A program made the translations under genes and the position numbers. From the NCBI GenBank assembly GCA_045591245.1, contig JAZNSO010000007.1:4621-68620 (forward strand): a stretch of DNA of 64,000 bases. The letters are read 5' to 3'. The notes beneath the pieces are model-generated. The model saw only the letters and a program-made list of their open reading frames with translations. It was not told the DNA's origin and searched no databases. The stretch is from Bacteroidales bacterium. Lineage in GTDB: Bacteria; Bacteroidota; Bacteroidia; Bacteroidales; F082. Shown piece by piece: positions 38,154 through 48,377 of the stretch (its first letter is position 1; each line of letters begins with the position of its first letter).

Positions 38154-38783
38154 TTAGAAGTTAAACAAAGTATTATCTATATTTTGATTTATATAAATAT
38201 CTGACAAAGTGATTGTTGTCAAATCATAATTATTATCGATGATTTCAATTTTATGAATAAGATAAGATGATTTGTCGAAATGCAATATCATATTGCCAAA
38301 AACGTTTTTCATCTTATTTTTTTTGGGTTTCATATTGACGATGATATAATTCTCATTTTCCTCGTATGTTGGCATGAAATTATTTTCATCGATGATGGAT
38401 TTATTTGATATTCCGTTATTTATAAGTTTTGCTATTTCTCTAAAAATCAGATGTTCTTCTATAGGCATAATATTAGAGCCACTTTTATTTACAATCTTAA
38501 CGCTATCATTTTTAAGAACAAATTCTTGATTTTCAGGATTTTTATTATTCCAGAGAAGAATATCAGGTGCTACGAAAAACACTTCACCTTCATATATAAT
38601 GTTATCTTCAAGCAAAGAAACCGACTTCTCCTGAACGTAATTACAACTCAGATTTACGATATTTTCACAAGATTCTATAATATTTTCCTTTATATCATTG
38701 ATTTTCATCTTATCTGTAATCTGTTGAGATTCAGCAGATAACACAGTCAATAATAATACAAAAGATATTAAAAGAGTTCTCAT
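38154..38783 (-). CDS. LolA-like lipoprotein-carrier-fold protein
   Basis: 209 aa with a signal peptide and the LolA-like pattern (...YEGEVFFVAPDILLWNNKNPENQEFVLKND...). Such proteins are typical of aryl-polyene clusters. Confidence 0.6.
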   Translation of the reverse strand: MRTLLISFVLLLTVLSAESQQITDKMKINDIKENIIESCENIVNLSCNYVQEKSVSLLEDNIIYEGEVFFVAPDILLWNNKNPENQEFVLKNDSVKIVNKSGSNIMPIEEHLIFREIAKLINNGISNKSIIDENNFMPTYEENENYIIVNMKPKKNKMKNVFGNMILHFDKSSYLIHKIEIIDNNYDLTTITLSDIYINQNIDNTLFNF

Positions 38784-38786
38784 ATT

Positions 38787-39143
38787 TTACTGTTTTACCA
38801 TGAAAAACACACCTATTACGATGAACAACACGCCAATCCATCTTGTCGCTGGTATTGATTCGTGAAAGATGAAGGCGGCGGCTAACATTCCAAAGATATA
38901 ACTCAGACTTGTCACTGGATAAGCCAACGAGAAGTCGAAGTTTTTAAGCATATAAAGCCACAGCACAGTGGCGATGCCGAATCCTGCGCCGCAAGCAGCG
39001 AGAGGCCAATTTAACAGAAGGTCCTTGAAGTAGTTCCATGTCCATTCAAAACTTCCCATACGATTCATGGCGAGTTTAAGGAAGACCTGCCCCGATGCGA
39101 GGAACAGACATTGAAACAATGCTATTACTATGAATCTCAACAT
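38787..39143 (-). CDS. Small 4-TM membrane protein (EamA/SMR-like half transporter)
   Basis: 118 aa, four hydrophobic helices, overlaps the upstream gene by 7 nt. Confidence 0.6.
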   Translation of the reverse strand: MLRFIVIALFQCLFLASGQVFLKLAMNRMGSFEWTWNYFKDLLLNWPLAACGAGFGIATVLWLYMLKNFDFSLAYPVTSLSYIFGMLAAAFIFHESIPATRWIGVLFIVIGVFFMVKQ

Positions 39144-40111
39144 GTAAGCAATATTAATGAATGATCTTTATTTTCGTAGTGATTATATAGCAAGACATTT
39201 CTGACTTTCCTGCCTGAATGACTTACACCTTTTTTGAGGCATTCATAAGCGTAGCAAATGCTGTATGCAGAAGCCGTAAACGATTCTCCGAAAATATTTT
39301 TATAACCTACAGACCTATCTTTCATATTAAAAATATTCTCAAAATTATCATAGACATTATTATTAGTTGCGTCATTATTACGTCCTGTGACTAACAAATC
39401 TATATCATTTACAGCAATATTATTTTCAGAACACATTCCATTAACAGCATCGATAATTTTATGTTTATCAGGCATATACAACATCTTAACATCAGATATT
39501 TTAACATCGCCCTCTTTTGCCAACACCATAGAAACAGCTGTTTCACCGGCAATACCTCCATTCCAGAAACCAACCCTATTCAGCAATGTAAAATAATCTG
39601 GAGTCATCTCATCGTGAGCTCCGACCAAGACATTGTTAAACTTACCTAATTTCATTTTCACGAATGCGTCCAGCAACGCACTTTCAAAAGACACGCCTCT
39701 GTGAACGTGAGTATTATTGTAGCCGTGACATTTAATTTGCACTGCGATATACGAGCTAATCGTATTGTGAGTAGAGTTGATAAAGAATGTAGGTTGAAGA
39801 CAGTTTTCGCCTTGTTCACTCAAAGCTTTCAAGAATTTTTCCGTATTTTCTATACATCCCAGACCAGTAGCAGTAATTATTGCGTCGGGTATCTCAATTT
39901 TGGCATTTTTCAAAGCTGTGAGCGATGTCGCCATGGCTCTTTTCAATATCAAGCCCATTCTTCGTGCAGCGATAGGATTTATAAAAGGTTTATAATCAGG
40001 GTCAATGGCTCTTACATATTTTTCATCATATTTTACAGGTTCAGAGAACCATTTGTTGCTTAGAGGTTCTTGCACAGATATTTGTGCGCATGATTTCAAG
40101 TAGATATTCAT
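39137..40111 (-). CDS. Ketosynthase-like chain-length-factor-type protein (no active-site Cys at the expected position)
   Basis: 324 aa with a thiolase-fold pattern. The position normally holding the nucleophilic Cys reads INSTHNTISSYIAV. ATGA overlap with the KS gene upstream. Confidence 0.7.
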   Translation of the reverse strand: MNIYLKSCAQISVQEPLSNKWFSEPVKYDEKYVRAIDPDYKPFINPIAARRMGLILKRAMATSLTALKNAKIEIPDAIITATGLGCIENTEKFLKALSEQGENCLQPTFFINSTHNTISSYIAVQIKCHGYNNTHVHRGVSFESALLDAFVKMKLGKFNNVLVGAHDEMTPDYFTLLNRVGFWNGGIAGETAVSMVLAKEGDVKISDVKMLYMPDKHKIIDAVNGMCSENNIAVNDIDLLVTGRNNDATNNNVYDNFENIFNMKDRSVGYKNIFGESFTASAYSICYAYECLKKGVSHSGRKVRNVLLYNHYENKDHSLILLTC

Positions 40112-41307
40112 ATTATATCCTCCTTAATTTTTGAAAAGATACATACAGTGTCGTTGCCTCCGAATCCGAAGGAATTAGACATGATATGTTCCAAACGTTG
40201 AGGGATAGTATCTTGGTGTAATGGTTCAAAAGAATGATCTTCAATTTTATTACTGAAATTCAGGTTGATAGGCATATAATTTTCCAAGAGAGACAATACT
40301 GATATGACGCCCTCTACTCCACCGGCAGCACTTGTAGTATGTCCGATGAATGATTTTATAGAAGCTACAGGAGGCATTTTATCGCCGAAGACTCGCATCA
40401 GGGCTTTGCCTTCGCTAATGTCGTTACCCTGAGTTCCTGTTCCGTGAGCATTGACATAGTCTATATCGCCAGGTTTAAGTCCAGCCTCTTTGAGAGCATC
40501 GTTCATAGCCAAAAATGCGCCTTTGCCATCAGGAGACGACGCTGTCTGATGGAAAGCGTCGCAACGATTAGCACAAGATGACAATATACATAAAGGCTTG
40601 ACCTTACGTCTCTTAACAGAGTTTTCCGACTCAATGACAAGATAGCCTGCACCTTCGCCCAAATTAATTCCTGCACGAGTCTGGTCGAAAGGACGACATT
40701 GTTCCTTATCCAATATCATCAATGTATTGAAACCATTGAGGTGAAATTTCGTGATACATTCGCTGCCACCAACGACAGCTACATCACAACGACCGCTCTG
40801 TATCAGTTCCATACCAATCTGTATCGCATTAGCAGCAGAAGAACAAGCTGTTGACAATGTCGTCATCATCTCAAAGCCTTGATATGGTTCTGCTATCATC
40901 TCAGTACAAGTTCCGCAATCGTGAGTCTTGATGAATTCCTTGTGATTATCATTGTTAAGGAAGTCAAGATAGAACTGCTCACTCTTATCCATGCCGCCAA
41001 CTGTCGTTCCAGAGATAAAGACTGTCCGTTGCTCTGAAGGATTGAGCGTTGCATTTTCCATTGCTTCTTTCAGTGCCAACTTACCTATCAATGCCGTACG
41101 AGTCATTATAGCATCATGCTGAATATTAAGCATATCCATCATTTCCTCATTACTATAAGGCACCTCACTCACAGGCAAGTCGTGAGAAGTGCCAAGATAA
41201 CGAATCTTACCGATGGCAGAACGATGTTCGCGCAGGGCTTTCATCGTGGCACTTCTCCCGTAACCTAAACCGCTGATGATCCCAACACCTGTTACAAATA
41301 CGGTCAT
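40108..41307 (-). CDS. Beta-ketoacyl-ACP synthase
   Basis: The ORF starts with TTG at 41313; the first ATG is at 41307 (MTVFVTGVGIIS). Active site LSTACSSAANAI, plus NAHGTGT and GHTTSAAG His motifs. Confidence 0.9.
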   Translation of the reverse strand: MTVFVTGVGIISGLGYGRSATMKALREHRSAIGKIRYLGTSHDLPVSEVPYSNEEMMDMLNIQHDAIMTRTALIGKLALKEAMENATLNPSEQRTVFISGTTVGGMDKSEQFYLDFLNNDNHKEFIKTHDCGTCTEMIAEPYQGFEMMTTLSTACSSAANAIQIGMELIQSGRCDVAVVGGSECITKFHLNGFNTLMILDKEQCRPFDQTRAGINLGEGAGYLVIESENSVKRRKVKPLCILSSCANRCDAFHQTASSPDGKGAFLAMNDALKEAGLKPGDIDYVNAHGTGTQGNDISEGKALMRVFGDKMPPVASIKSFIGHTTSAAGGVEGVISVLSLLENYMPINLNFSNKIEDHSFEPLHQDTIPQRLEHIMSNSFGFGGNDTVCIFSKIKEDII

Positions 41308-41313
41308 AATCAA

Positions 41314-41571
41314 TTATTTTGTTCTGTTTTTTTGAACGTATTCAGCCATTGTTACAATAGACTTGAAGATTTCCTTGCCTTGATTTGGATCTTGCAACTT
41401 AATGCCGTAGTTCTTTTCCATCAAAACGATAAGTTCAAGAGCATCAATAGAATCCAAACCCAAACCTTCACCGAAAAGAGGAGCGTTTTCATCGATGTCT
41501 TCTGGTCTTACTTCTTCTAAATTTAATGTCTTGATAATTTCTTCTTTTAATTCTTTAATTAAGTTTTCCAT
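41314..41571 (-). CDS. Acyl carrier protein
   Basis: 85 aa. GLGLDSIDALELIV phosphopantetheine attachment motif. Confidence 0.9.
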   Translation of the reverse strand: MENLIKELKEEIIKTLNLEEVRPEDIDENAPLFGEGLGLDSIDALELIVLMEKNYGIKLQDPNQGKEIFKSIVTMAEYVQKNRTK

Positions 41572-41575
41572 AATT

Positions 41576-43312
41576 CTATTTGCTTAATGATTTTTTAATT
41601 AATGTTAATTCTACTTCATAATTTCCTTTTAATGCTTCGACCCAACCGAACAAAATATAATTTACTGATTTTGTCGAGAAAACATTATTAACCTGACGCA
41701 TCATCATTTCTTTAGAATAATTTTCAGATACATAAAATGACGTTTCGCCAAAGATTTTATTCCTGATTGCCATTTCGCCAGCGACGATATTAGGCAGAGT
41801 GTAAACAAAGACTGAAGGACTTGGAAAATAATTATCTTTATCTTTTATACTCTGGAGATAAATCAGATCGTCGTCAGACGAAGAGCTCCTGTTACAAAGA
41901 ATTATCGCCATATCTTTCTTAGGAGTTTCAATATCTAAACCGGCTTCGCGGAGCATCAAATCAGATACAATAAATCCAGCTTTGCTGAGATTGTCCATCT
42001 TGAAGAATTTTGGATACGATATTTTTTCCCTTCTATAAAAACTATCAAGGACGTTACCCGACACATCTTCCAATTCATGCTTAACACCATTGATATATAA
42101 CATGTTATTCTTCAATTTACCTTCAATGATTTCTTCAAAAGCATGGATTATATTACGAGACTTTACATTATCTTTATCATTTATGTTAATTTTCTTAAAC
42201 AATAAAGCCGCATTGCTTCCGCCGAATCCAGATACCATTTTAACAAACATTGTCTTATCGGTGGTCATGTTTTCCATTGCGATGTTAACATCATGTTTTG
42301 CACCTACCTCATGGCAGTTGGTGCTTTTCAGGATAATGCCATCATTTATTGCCTGCATCGAGATTATAGATTCAAGCAAACCGGCGGCTCCCAAAGTATG
42401 TCCGAAATGAGCTTTCAAAGAATTAGTCGGAATATGCTTCATTTCAATTCTGTTAAGCGCGAGAGCTTCCATCTCGTCGTTATAAATTGTTGCAGTTCCA
42501 TGAGCATTAACGAAGGCAATATCTTCTTTGTCAATATCTTCAGTTATCGATACCAGACAATTGTACAAGCCTTCAGCTTCTATAGATGGAGCCGAAATAT
42601 GACGAGCATCATTACGAATCGCGCCTTTTATCAAAGCTATTTTGCTATTTGCCTTGTTTTCTTTGGAATAAATTATTGTGGCAGCAGCCTCGCCAAGGTT
42701 CAGACCATGACGATTTTTATCAAAAGGCTGACATTGTTCTTGCGATAATGCCTTGAAAGACTGAAAACCAGAAACGATAAACTTGGATAAGACCTCACCT
42801 CCAACGACGACACAATTCTCGTAGCACGAATTTTCGATGAGACGTAATGCATCCACTTGAGCAGCAGCACCTGATATACAAGCATTTGAAATAACAAGAG
42901 GTTCATTTTCATTTCTGAAGAACGATGTTATTTTTTGCGCGGAATGCCACAGATAATTTTCGTCCGTCATCTCGTCAGTAAGATATGAAACATTCCCTTT
43001 TGTCGTTGAGAATATAAATAAGGTATCCTTATCTTTCAAGTCAAGACCAGCTTCATCGTTAGCTTTCTTAACTGAAAGCAGCAACATTTTCTCAAACTTC
43101 GTAAAAGAACTTAATTCTATATCTTTAAAATTGACAATCAACTCATTATCAAGTCTTTCGTCATCTATTAGCGAAGCAAAGAAAGGTTCTGGGATATCGA
43201 ACGTATTTTCATGTAACGACAATCCTGTCAATCCATTCAACACTGCTTCATAGTTTTCTTTTGCAGAAAAACCCAATGAAGATATTATATTATTTCCGAC
43301 GCAAAATATCAT
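41576..43312 (-). CDS. Beta-ketoacyl synthase with ~190-aa C-terminal thiolase-like extension
   Basis: 578 aa. SNACISGAAAQ Cys, NAHGTAT and GHTLGAAG His motifs within the first ~390 aa. The tail (YPKFFKMDNLSKAGFIV...PSVFVYTLPNIVAGEMAIRNKIFGE) resembles a Cys-less KS N-terminal half. Confidence 0.85.
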   Translation of the reverse strand: MIFCVGNNIISSLGFSAKENYEAVLNGLTGLSLHENTFDIPEPFFASLIDDERLDNELIVNFKDIELSSFTKFEKMLLLSVKKANDEAGLDLKDKDTLFIFSTTKGNVSYLTDEMTDENYLWHSAQKITSFFRNENEPLVISNACISGAAAQVDALRLIENSCYENCVVVGGEVLSKFIVSGFQSFKALSQEQCQPFDKNRHGLNLGEAAATIIYSKENKANSKIALIKGAIRNDARHISAPSIEAEGLYNCLVSITEDIDKEDIAFVNAHGTATIYNDEMEALALNRIEMKHIPTNSLKAHFGHTLGAAGLLESIISMQAINDGIILKSTNCHEVGAKHDVNIAMENMTTDKTMFVKMVSGFGGSNAALLFKKININDKDNVKSRNIIHAFEEIIEGKLKNNMLYINGVKHELEDVSGNVLDSFYRREKISYPKFFKMDNLSKAGFIVSDLMLREAGLDIETPKKDMAIILCNRSSSSDDDLIYLQSIKDKDNYFPSPSVFVYTLPNIVAGEMAIRNKIFGETSFYVSENYSKEMMMRQVNNVFSTKSVNYILFGWVEALKGNYEVELTLIKKSLSK

Positions 43313-43734
43313 CCTTCTCTAAGTCCGTTTTTAATTTTCCAATTGATAAAAAAGTCAGGAGGATAAAGCACCAAGCGATAATCCTTATCCATAAACACTT
43401 GTGTTGTATAGCCTTTCGCTGCCAATTTACCATCTCTCAGATTATATATTTCATATTCGAAGATGATTTTAGCGGCGTCACAGTCTTTAAACTTTATTTC
43501 CACCCTAGCTTCGTCACCATAAATCAAAGGGCTTTTATACTCTACGCGAATATCCACCAGAGGAGCATAATAACCTTCCGCAAAGATTGTAAGATAGTCG
43601 AGATTATATTCTTTTCCAAACGCTTCGCGTGCATCTTCAAAGAAAGTCACATAATGACCATGCCATGTTATATTCATCGAATCAACTTCATTAAAGCGCA
43701 CCCTAATTGTCGTAGAACTTTTCAATTCCATCAT
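43309..43734 (-). CDS. 4HBT/YbgC-type acyl-CoA/ACP thioesterase
   Basis: 141 aa. VRFNEVDSMNITWHGHYVTFFEDAREAF hotdog thioesterase signature. Confidence 0.8.
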   Translation of the reverse strand: MMELKSSTTIRVRFNEVDSMNITWHGHYVTFFEDAREAFGKEYNLDYLTIFAEGYYAPLVDIRVEYKSPLIYGDEARVEIKFKDCDAAKIIFEYEIYNLRDGKLAAKGYTTQVFMDKDYRLVLYPPDFFINWKIKNGLREG

Positions 43735-44165
43735 CCTATCTCCTTATCTGTCAACGATATTTTCATTTCGCACTTGGCTATAAGTTCATCATTGTTATAG
43801 ACTTCAGCCTCGACCAAAGTTATCGCGAACACTTCGCTTATAACCTTAACTTTAGTGATTAGGCGACTACCAACTTCTGGTAATTTTTTTATAATCAAGT
43901 CCTTAATAGAACCTATAACTCCGATTTTCACGGATTCATTTTTATGATACATATTAATATAACCGATTCTCGCTGCGCAAGTCTGTGCTATATTTTCCAT
44001 TATTCCCGTTTCAAGGAACATACCATCCTTGCAGAATAAGTTATCTTCTCTGATAACCAAATCCGTTGACGACTCTATCTCATTGAATGACAGCAATCTA
44101 TCAACCAATACAAAAGGTCTTCTCTGCGGAATAAGTGTTAATATGTCAATATCTTTTATTTCCAT
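43731..44165 (-). CDS. FabZ-like 3-hydroxyacyl-ACP dehydratase
   Basis: 144 aa. LIPQRRPFVLVDRLLSF N-terminal motif, hotdog fold. Confidence 0.75.
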   Translation of the reverse strand: MEIKDIDILTLIPQRRPFVLVDRLLSFNEIESSTDLVIREDNLFCKDGMFLETGIMENIAQTCAARIGYINMYHKNESVKIGVIGSIKDLIIKKLPEVGSRLITKVKVISEVFAITLVEAEVYNNDELIAKCEMKISLTDKEIG

Positions 44166-45253
44166 TATTTAATGCATTTTATCAAGGAATGACCTTTTCC
44201 TAATCCGTCATAGACTTTGTCTATCTTCAAACCTGCTTTTTCAACATAACTGAAGAGGTCCTCAGAATGGAACATCTTGCTATTGCCGTTAGCCAAAGCT
44301 GTGAAATACAACGAAATCTGTGTAAGACAATAGGCAGCGGTCTCAAACTTTTGTCTGTCCCACAATGTTTCCATGATATATAAAGAACAACCTTCTTTCA
44401 TTGACTTAGCAGCTCTTGACAATATGCTAATGACCTGCTCTTCTGAGAAGCAATCCAAGAATTGGCTCATCCAGATGGCATCGAAATCTGTTGGGAATGA
44501 AGTATTTTCATCAAGAAGATTTGCTCCATATCCATGAATTCTGTCAGCGCCATCCTTGTCAGCGACTTGTTTGCGCATCATTTCCAGTTGCTGCGGCAAA
44601 TCCATGATTGTCACATTAACATCTTTGTTGAAGGAGACGCATCGCAATGCAAAACGTCCAGTATTACCGCCAACATCAAGTAATTTTTTAGTATTATTGT
44701 TGAAGACTATTTCGAGAGCTTCGTTAAATGAATTGTCGGAATAATAATGATCGAAGCCGAACCAGCTTTTCTGTACTTGTTCAGGAAGTTGCGAAAGACC
44801 TTCATAAATTGTAGGCCACTCGCCGAACACTTTAAGACCTTCCGGTTTTCCGTTCAAGAGAGCTTCTTCCAAGTTAAACCATCCGAGATAATTCACGTCG
44901 TGATTGAAATCCATATCGACTCTGACAAGAGGGTCATTTTGGAGAAACCATCCAGCCTTTGAGACAGTAAATCTGTCATTTTCATAAAGGACAGTACCTA
45001 TCGTCAATGAAGCTTCAAGCATCACTTTCACAGCATAACTTGAGAGACCCGTTTTCTCGACGAGCTCTTCCATTGTTAGACCGTTTTTGCTATCGATGAG
45101 CATCTGCAATATACCGAATTTCACCATCAGACGGGAAACCTGGAACACTATAGGTCCAAATGAAATTTCATGTGCAAGACGTTGAGCTTCAAGAGCTGTC
45201 ATCTGTTCCTTACCATATCTTTTTTCCAATGCAGGAAACATTTTCATTTTCAT
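44165..45253 (-). CDS. Class I SAM-dependent methyltransferase with N-terminal winged-helix dimerisation domain (OMT-like)
   Basis: I start it at ATG 45253 (MKMKMFPALEKRYG). SAM motif I LLDVGGNTGRFA. Confidence 0.85.
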   Translation of the reverse strand: MKMKMFPALEKRYGKEQMTALEAQRLAHEISFGPIVFQVSRLMVKFGILQMLIDSKNGLTMEELVEKTGLSSYAVKVMLEASLTIGTVLYENDRFTVSKAGWFLQNDPLVRVDMDFNHDVNYLGWFNLEEALLNGKPEGLKVFGEWPTIYEGLSQLPEQVQKSWFGFDHYYSDNSFNEALEIVFNNNTKKLLDVGGNTGRFALRCVSFNKDVNVTIMDLPQQLEMMRKQVADKDGADRIHGYGANLLDENTSFPTDFDAIWMSQFLDCFSEEQVISILSRAAKSMKEGCSLYIMETLWDRQKFETAAYCLTQISLYFTALANGNSKMFHSEDLFSYVEKAGLKIDKVYDGLGKGHSLIKCIK

Positions 45254-45264
45254 AATAATAAGTT

Positions 45265-46173
45265 TTATAACGACTTTTGTTCTCCCCAAAAGTCATAAAA
45301 GTTAAACCATTGATCTAGATAATTTCTTAAGACCGATTCTAATTCTTTAGCATAATTTCTGGCGAGCTGTTCTGAACGTTGTCTTATATTAAGACTTCCA
45401 TCATATTGAATCTCATTGACATATACTGTGTAATTCCAGACTTTTTCCCTCATTATAAAGATGCTTATCATTTTGACATCAGAATGAGCGGCAGTGATAA
45501 AAGGTCCCATTGGAAGAGATATCTCCTTATCTAAGAGACTGACTTTTATAGACTTATTACTTCCCAACATTCTGTCGCAAGGCATACTGACGATATTGCC
45601 CTCATCCAAAGCATTTTTTATTTTGAAGATATGCGACATATCGACAGAAGCCACAATACCCACAATATTGTTTTTCTCAAGCATCTCCAATCTTCTTGCT
45701 TGAATGTCAGGAGATTCGCCGCCAAATATCAGACTATGAATTTTCTTTTTGTCCTGATGAAGAGCATAACCAGCGAGTTCGAAATTTCCGACGTGGGCAC
45801 TTCCAATCATAAAGCCTTTCTCGTCATTGCAAAAATTCTCGAACAAATCCTCGTTGACGATTTTTATGGAGAATTTATTTTTCTTCGCCATGATGGCAAG
45901 TCTATCCAACATCATTTTTCCAAAGAGGAAATTGTTCTTAAAAGTCCTAAGAAAAGACCTGAATTTGCCGAACCCGCAGATGTCGTGATAATATTTCACT
46001 ATTGCTTTTCTCTCATTCCTATTGAATATCACAAAGAAAGGAATAGCAAAAGCCATTATGAAATACATGAATCTCAATCCAAAGATACGTATCAGGAACA
46101 CCAAAGAACACTGACCGAAGTCACCGCCTTGCGTCTTGCCTTTCCATTTGCTTTGAACCAGATTATCGCTCAT
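45265..46173 (-). CDS. LpxL/HtrB-family lysolipid (lipid A-type) acyltransferase
   Basis: 302 aa. N-terminal TM helix and GSAHVGNFE (HxxxxE) motif. Confidence 0.75.
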   Translation of the reverse strand: MSDNLVQSKWKGKTQGGDFGQCSLVFLIRIFGLRFMYFIMAFAIPFFVIFNRNERKAIVKYYHDICGFGKFRSFLRTFKNNFLFGKMMLDRLAIMAKKNKFSIKIVNEDLFENFCNDEKGFMIGSAHVGNFELAGYALHQDKKKIHSLIFGGESPDIQARRLEMLEKNNIVGIVASVDMSHIFKIKNALDEGNIVSMPCDRMLGSNKSIKVSLLDKEISLPMGPFITAAHSDVKMISIFIMREKVWNYTVYVNEIQYDGSLNIRQRSEQLARNYAKELESVLRNYLDQWFNFYDFWGEQKSL

Positions 46174-46177
46174 AGAA

Positions 46178-46423
46178 TCATCCGTTTACCTTTGACTCGA
46201 TATAATTATAAAAATCATTCAAAGTCTTGACATCTTTCATATCTTCTGGTCTGATTTTAAAGCCAAAAGTTCTTTCCACGATTACAACGATGTCAACGAA
46301 GTCGAGACTATCGATACCTAAGTCTTTGGTTAGCAATGCATCTCTATCGAGGACATCTTCTTCTATTTCGATTTCTTCAATCAAAAAGTTATTTACTTTT
46401 TCTTCAATTTCTGTTCTTGTCAT
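46178..46423 (-). CDS. Acyl carrier protein
   Basis: 81 aa. DLGIDSLDFVDIVV motif. Confidence 0.9.
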   Translation of the reverse strand: MTRTEIEEKVNNFLIEEIEIEEDVLDRDALLTKDLGIDSLDFVDIVVIVERTFGFKIRPEDMKDVKTLNDFYNYIESKVNG

Positions 46424-46426
46424 AAC

Positions 46427-47644
46427 TTATATGTTTTTAATGATTAATGCGCTATTTGTTCCTCCGAATCCGAAAGAATTTGATAATACAATATTTAATT
46501 TCTTTTCTACTGTTTCAGGAATTATATTCAACAACTTTGAATATTCGTCACCTTCTGTGTAATTGATGTTAGGAGCTATAAACGAGTTTTTCATCATCAA
46601 GATGGAATAGATGGCTTCGCTTGCTCCTGCCATCCAGCACTCGTGACCAGTCATTGATTTTGTTGAAGATACAGGAGTTTTATGTTCAGCGAACAGTTGA
46701 GCCAAGGCTTTAGCTTCTTGGTAGTCGCCTTGTGGCGTTGATGTTGCGTGTGCGTTGACATAATCGATGTCTTCTGGTTTTATGCCTGCTTCGTTAAGAG
46801 CTCGCATTATTGCGCGATAGCAACCTTCGTCGCTTGGTTGTGAGATATTTCCTCCGTTGGATGAGAACCCGTAGCCTATCACCTCAGCATATATTGTTGC
46901 GCCGCGAGCCACGGCATGTTCATATTCCTCGAGCACCAAACTCGCGGCGCCACCGCTTGGAACGAGACCGTCTCTATCTTTATCGAAAGGTCGCGATGCC
47001 TTTGTTGGCTCATCGATGCGCGTTGAGAAAGTGCTGATACCATCGAAACTTCCCATAGACAGATAATTGGTTTCCTGTGCGCCTCCGCATAACACCATAT
47101 CTTGCAATCCATTACGAATCATCATCGCTCCGAGACCGATGGCGTGAGAACCGCTGGCACAGGCAGCACTGATAGTCATATTGATGCCTTTTAACTTAAA
47201 AATCGTCGCGAGATTCATACTCACTGTGGAATTCATCGACTGGAAAATAGCAGAAGAGCCAATCAAAGTAGTGTCTTTTTTCTCTACCGCTATTTCATGT
47301 GATTTAATCACCGCTTTTGCAGACGAGTCATTACCGTAAAGTATTCCTATTTCGTTGTTTTCCAAATAATCTTCATCAATCTTAGCGTCTTTCCAAGCTT
47401 CTAGAGTTGCCAAATATGCATATTCACCTTGTTCAGCGAGATACATTCTTAACTTTCTATCCAAGACACCTTTAAGTTTAGGAGCCTCAACTATTCCAGT
47501 CAATGGCGAACGATATCCGTATTCTATTCTCATCGGGTCGATACCAATACCGGAACGTCCCAAACGCAATGATTCACAAACCTCTTCTTTATTCTTTCCA
47601 ATACATGAGTAGATACCCATGCCCGTTACTACTACTCTTCTCAT
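46427..47644 (-). CDS. Beta-ketoacyl-ACP synthase (FabB/FabF-like)
   Basis: I start it at ATG 47644 (MRRVVVTGMGIYS), 1 nt after the FabG stop. ISAACASGSHAI Cys, NAHATST and GHECWMAG motifs. Confidence 0.9.
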   Translation of the reverse strand: MRRVVVTGMGIYSCIGKNKEEVCESLRLGRSGIGIDPMRIEYGYRSPLTGIVEAPKLKGVLDRKLRMYLAEQGEYAYLATLEAWKDAKIDEDYLENNEIGILYGNDSSAKAVIKSHEIAVEKKDTTLIGSSAIFQSMNSTVSMNLATIFKLKGINMTISAACASGSHAIGLGAMMIRNGLQDMVLCGGAQETNYLSMGSFDGISTFSTRIDEPTKASRPFDKDRDGLVPSGGAASLVLEEYEHAVARGATIYAEVIGYGFSSNGGNISQPSDEGCYRAIMRALNEAGIKPEDIDYVNAHATSTPQGDYQEAKALAQLFAEHKTPVSSTKSMTGHECWMAGASEAIYSILMMKNSFIAPNINYTEGDEYSKLLNIIPETVEKKLNIVLSNSFGFGGTNSALIIKNI

Positions 47645-47645
47645 A

Positions 47646-48374
47646 TTAAGTATATAAACCTCCATTAACTGAAATTACTTGTCCTGTGATATACGACGCT
47701 TTTTCTGATGCCAAGAATGCCACTACAGAAGCCACTTCTTCTGGTTTTCCGAAACGGCCCATAGGTATCATAGATTTAAGAGCTTTCTCGTCAAGGTCTT
47801 TGGTCATATCGCTAGCGATAAAACCAGGAGCGATGGCATTGACCGTAACTTTACGAGGAGCGACTTCCTGAGCCAATGCCTTCGTTGCGCCTATCAACGC
47901 TGCCTTGGCAGCCGAATAGTTTGTCTGTCCTGGCAAACCTTTCAATCCCGACAAAGAAGCCATATTGATAATTCTGCCATAACGTTTGGTCATCATGTAT
48001 TTAACCAAATATTTTGTCACATTATAGAAACCACCCAATGTGGTATTGATAACATCATTCCATTGATTATCTTGCATAAAGACGAGGACATTATCCATTC
48101 TAATTCCGGCATTGTTAACCAAAACAGAAATATATTCGTCGGGATGCTGTTCTTGCCAAGAATTCAAGGCTTCTTCAACAGCTTGAGCGTCACTCACATT
48201 GAACTGCAACAATTCAGCACTCTGACCTTTGCTTTCGATGATTTCCTTAACCTCTTGTGCAGCTTCTTGATTTGAAACATAATTGATGATGACAGAATAA
48301 CCTTCTTCTGCTAAGGCGATGCACACAGCCTTGCCTATTCCTCTGGAACCTCCTGTAACTAATGCGTATCTCAT
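47646..48374 (-). CDS. fabG: 3-oxoacyl-ACP reductase (SDR)
   Basis: ALVTGGSRGIGKA cofactor motif and YSAAKAA catalytic motif, 242 aa. Confidence 0.95.
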   Translation of the reverse strand: MRYALVTGGSRGIGKAVCIALAEEGYSVIINYVSNQEAAQEVKEIIESKGQSAELLQFNVSDAQAVEEALNSWQEQHPDEYISVLVNNAGIRMDNVLVFMQDNQWNDVINTTLGGFYNVTKYLVKYMMTKRYGRIINMASLSGLKGLPGQTNYSAAKAALIGATKALAQEVAPRKVTVNAIAPGFIASDMTKDLDEKALKSMIPMGRFGKPEEVASVVAFLASEKASYITGQVISVNGGLYT

Positions 48375-48377
48375 CTT

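Noticed and set aside
42090-46230. Long plus-strand ORFs inside the PKS-like genes (42293..42748, 43261..43800, 45631..46230 and others)
   Set aside because: All are antisense to tightly packed minus-strand genes with catalytic motifs. Long antisense ORFs are expected where the sense strand avoids the reverse complements of stop codons (TTA, CTA, TCA).
40108-48374. Reading the KS/ACP/FabG/FabZ-like genes as housekeeping type II fatty-acid synthesis
   Set aside because: The set contains two ACPs, three KS plus a Cys-less KS. It is interleaved with methyltransferase, thioesterase, LolA-like, MMPL and glycosyltransferase genes. No fabD/fabH/fabI/acc genes are present.
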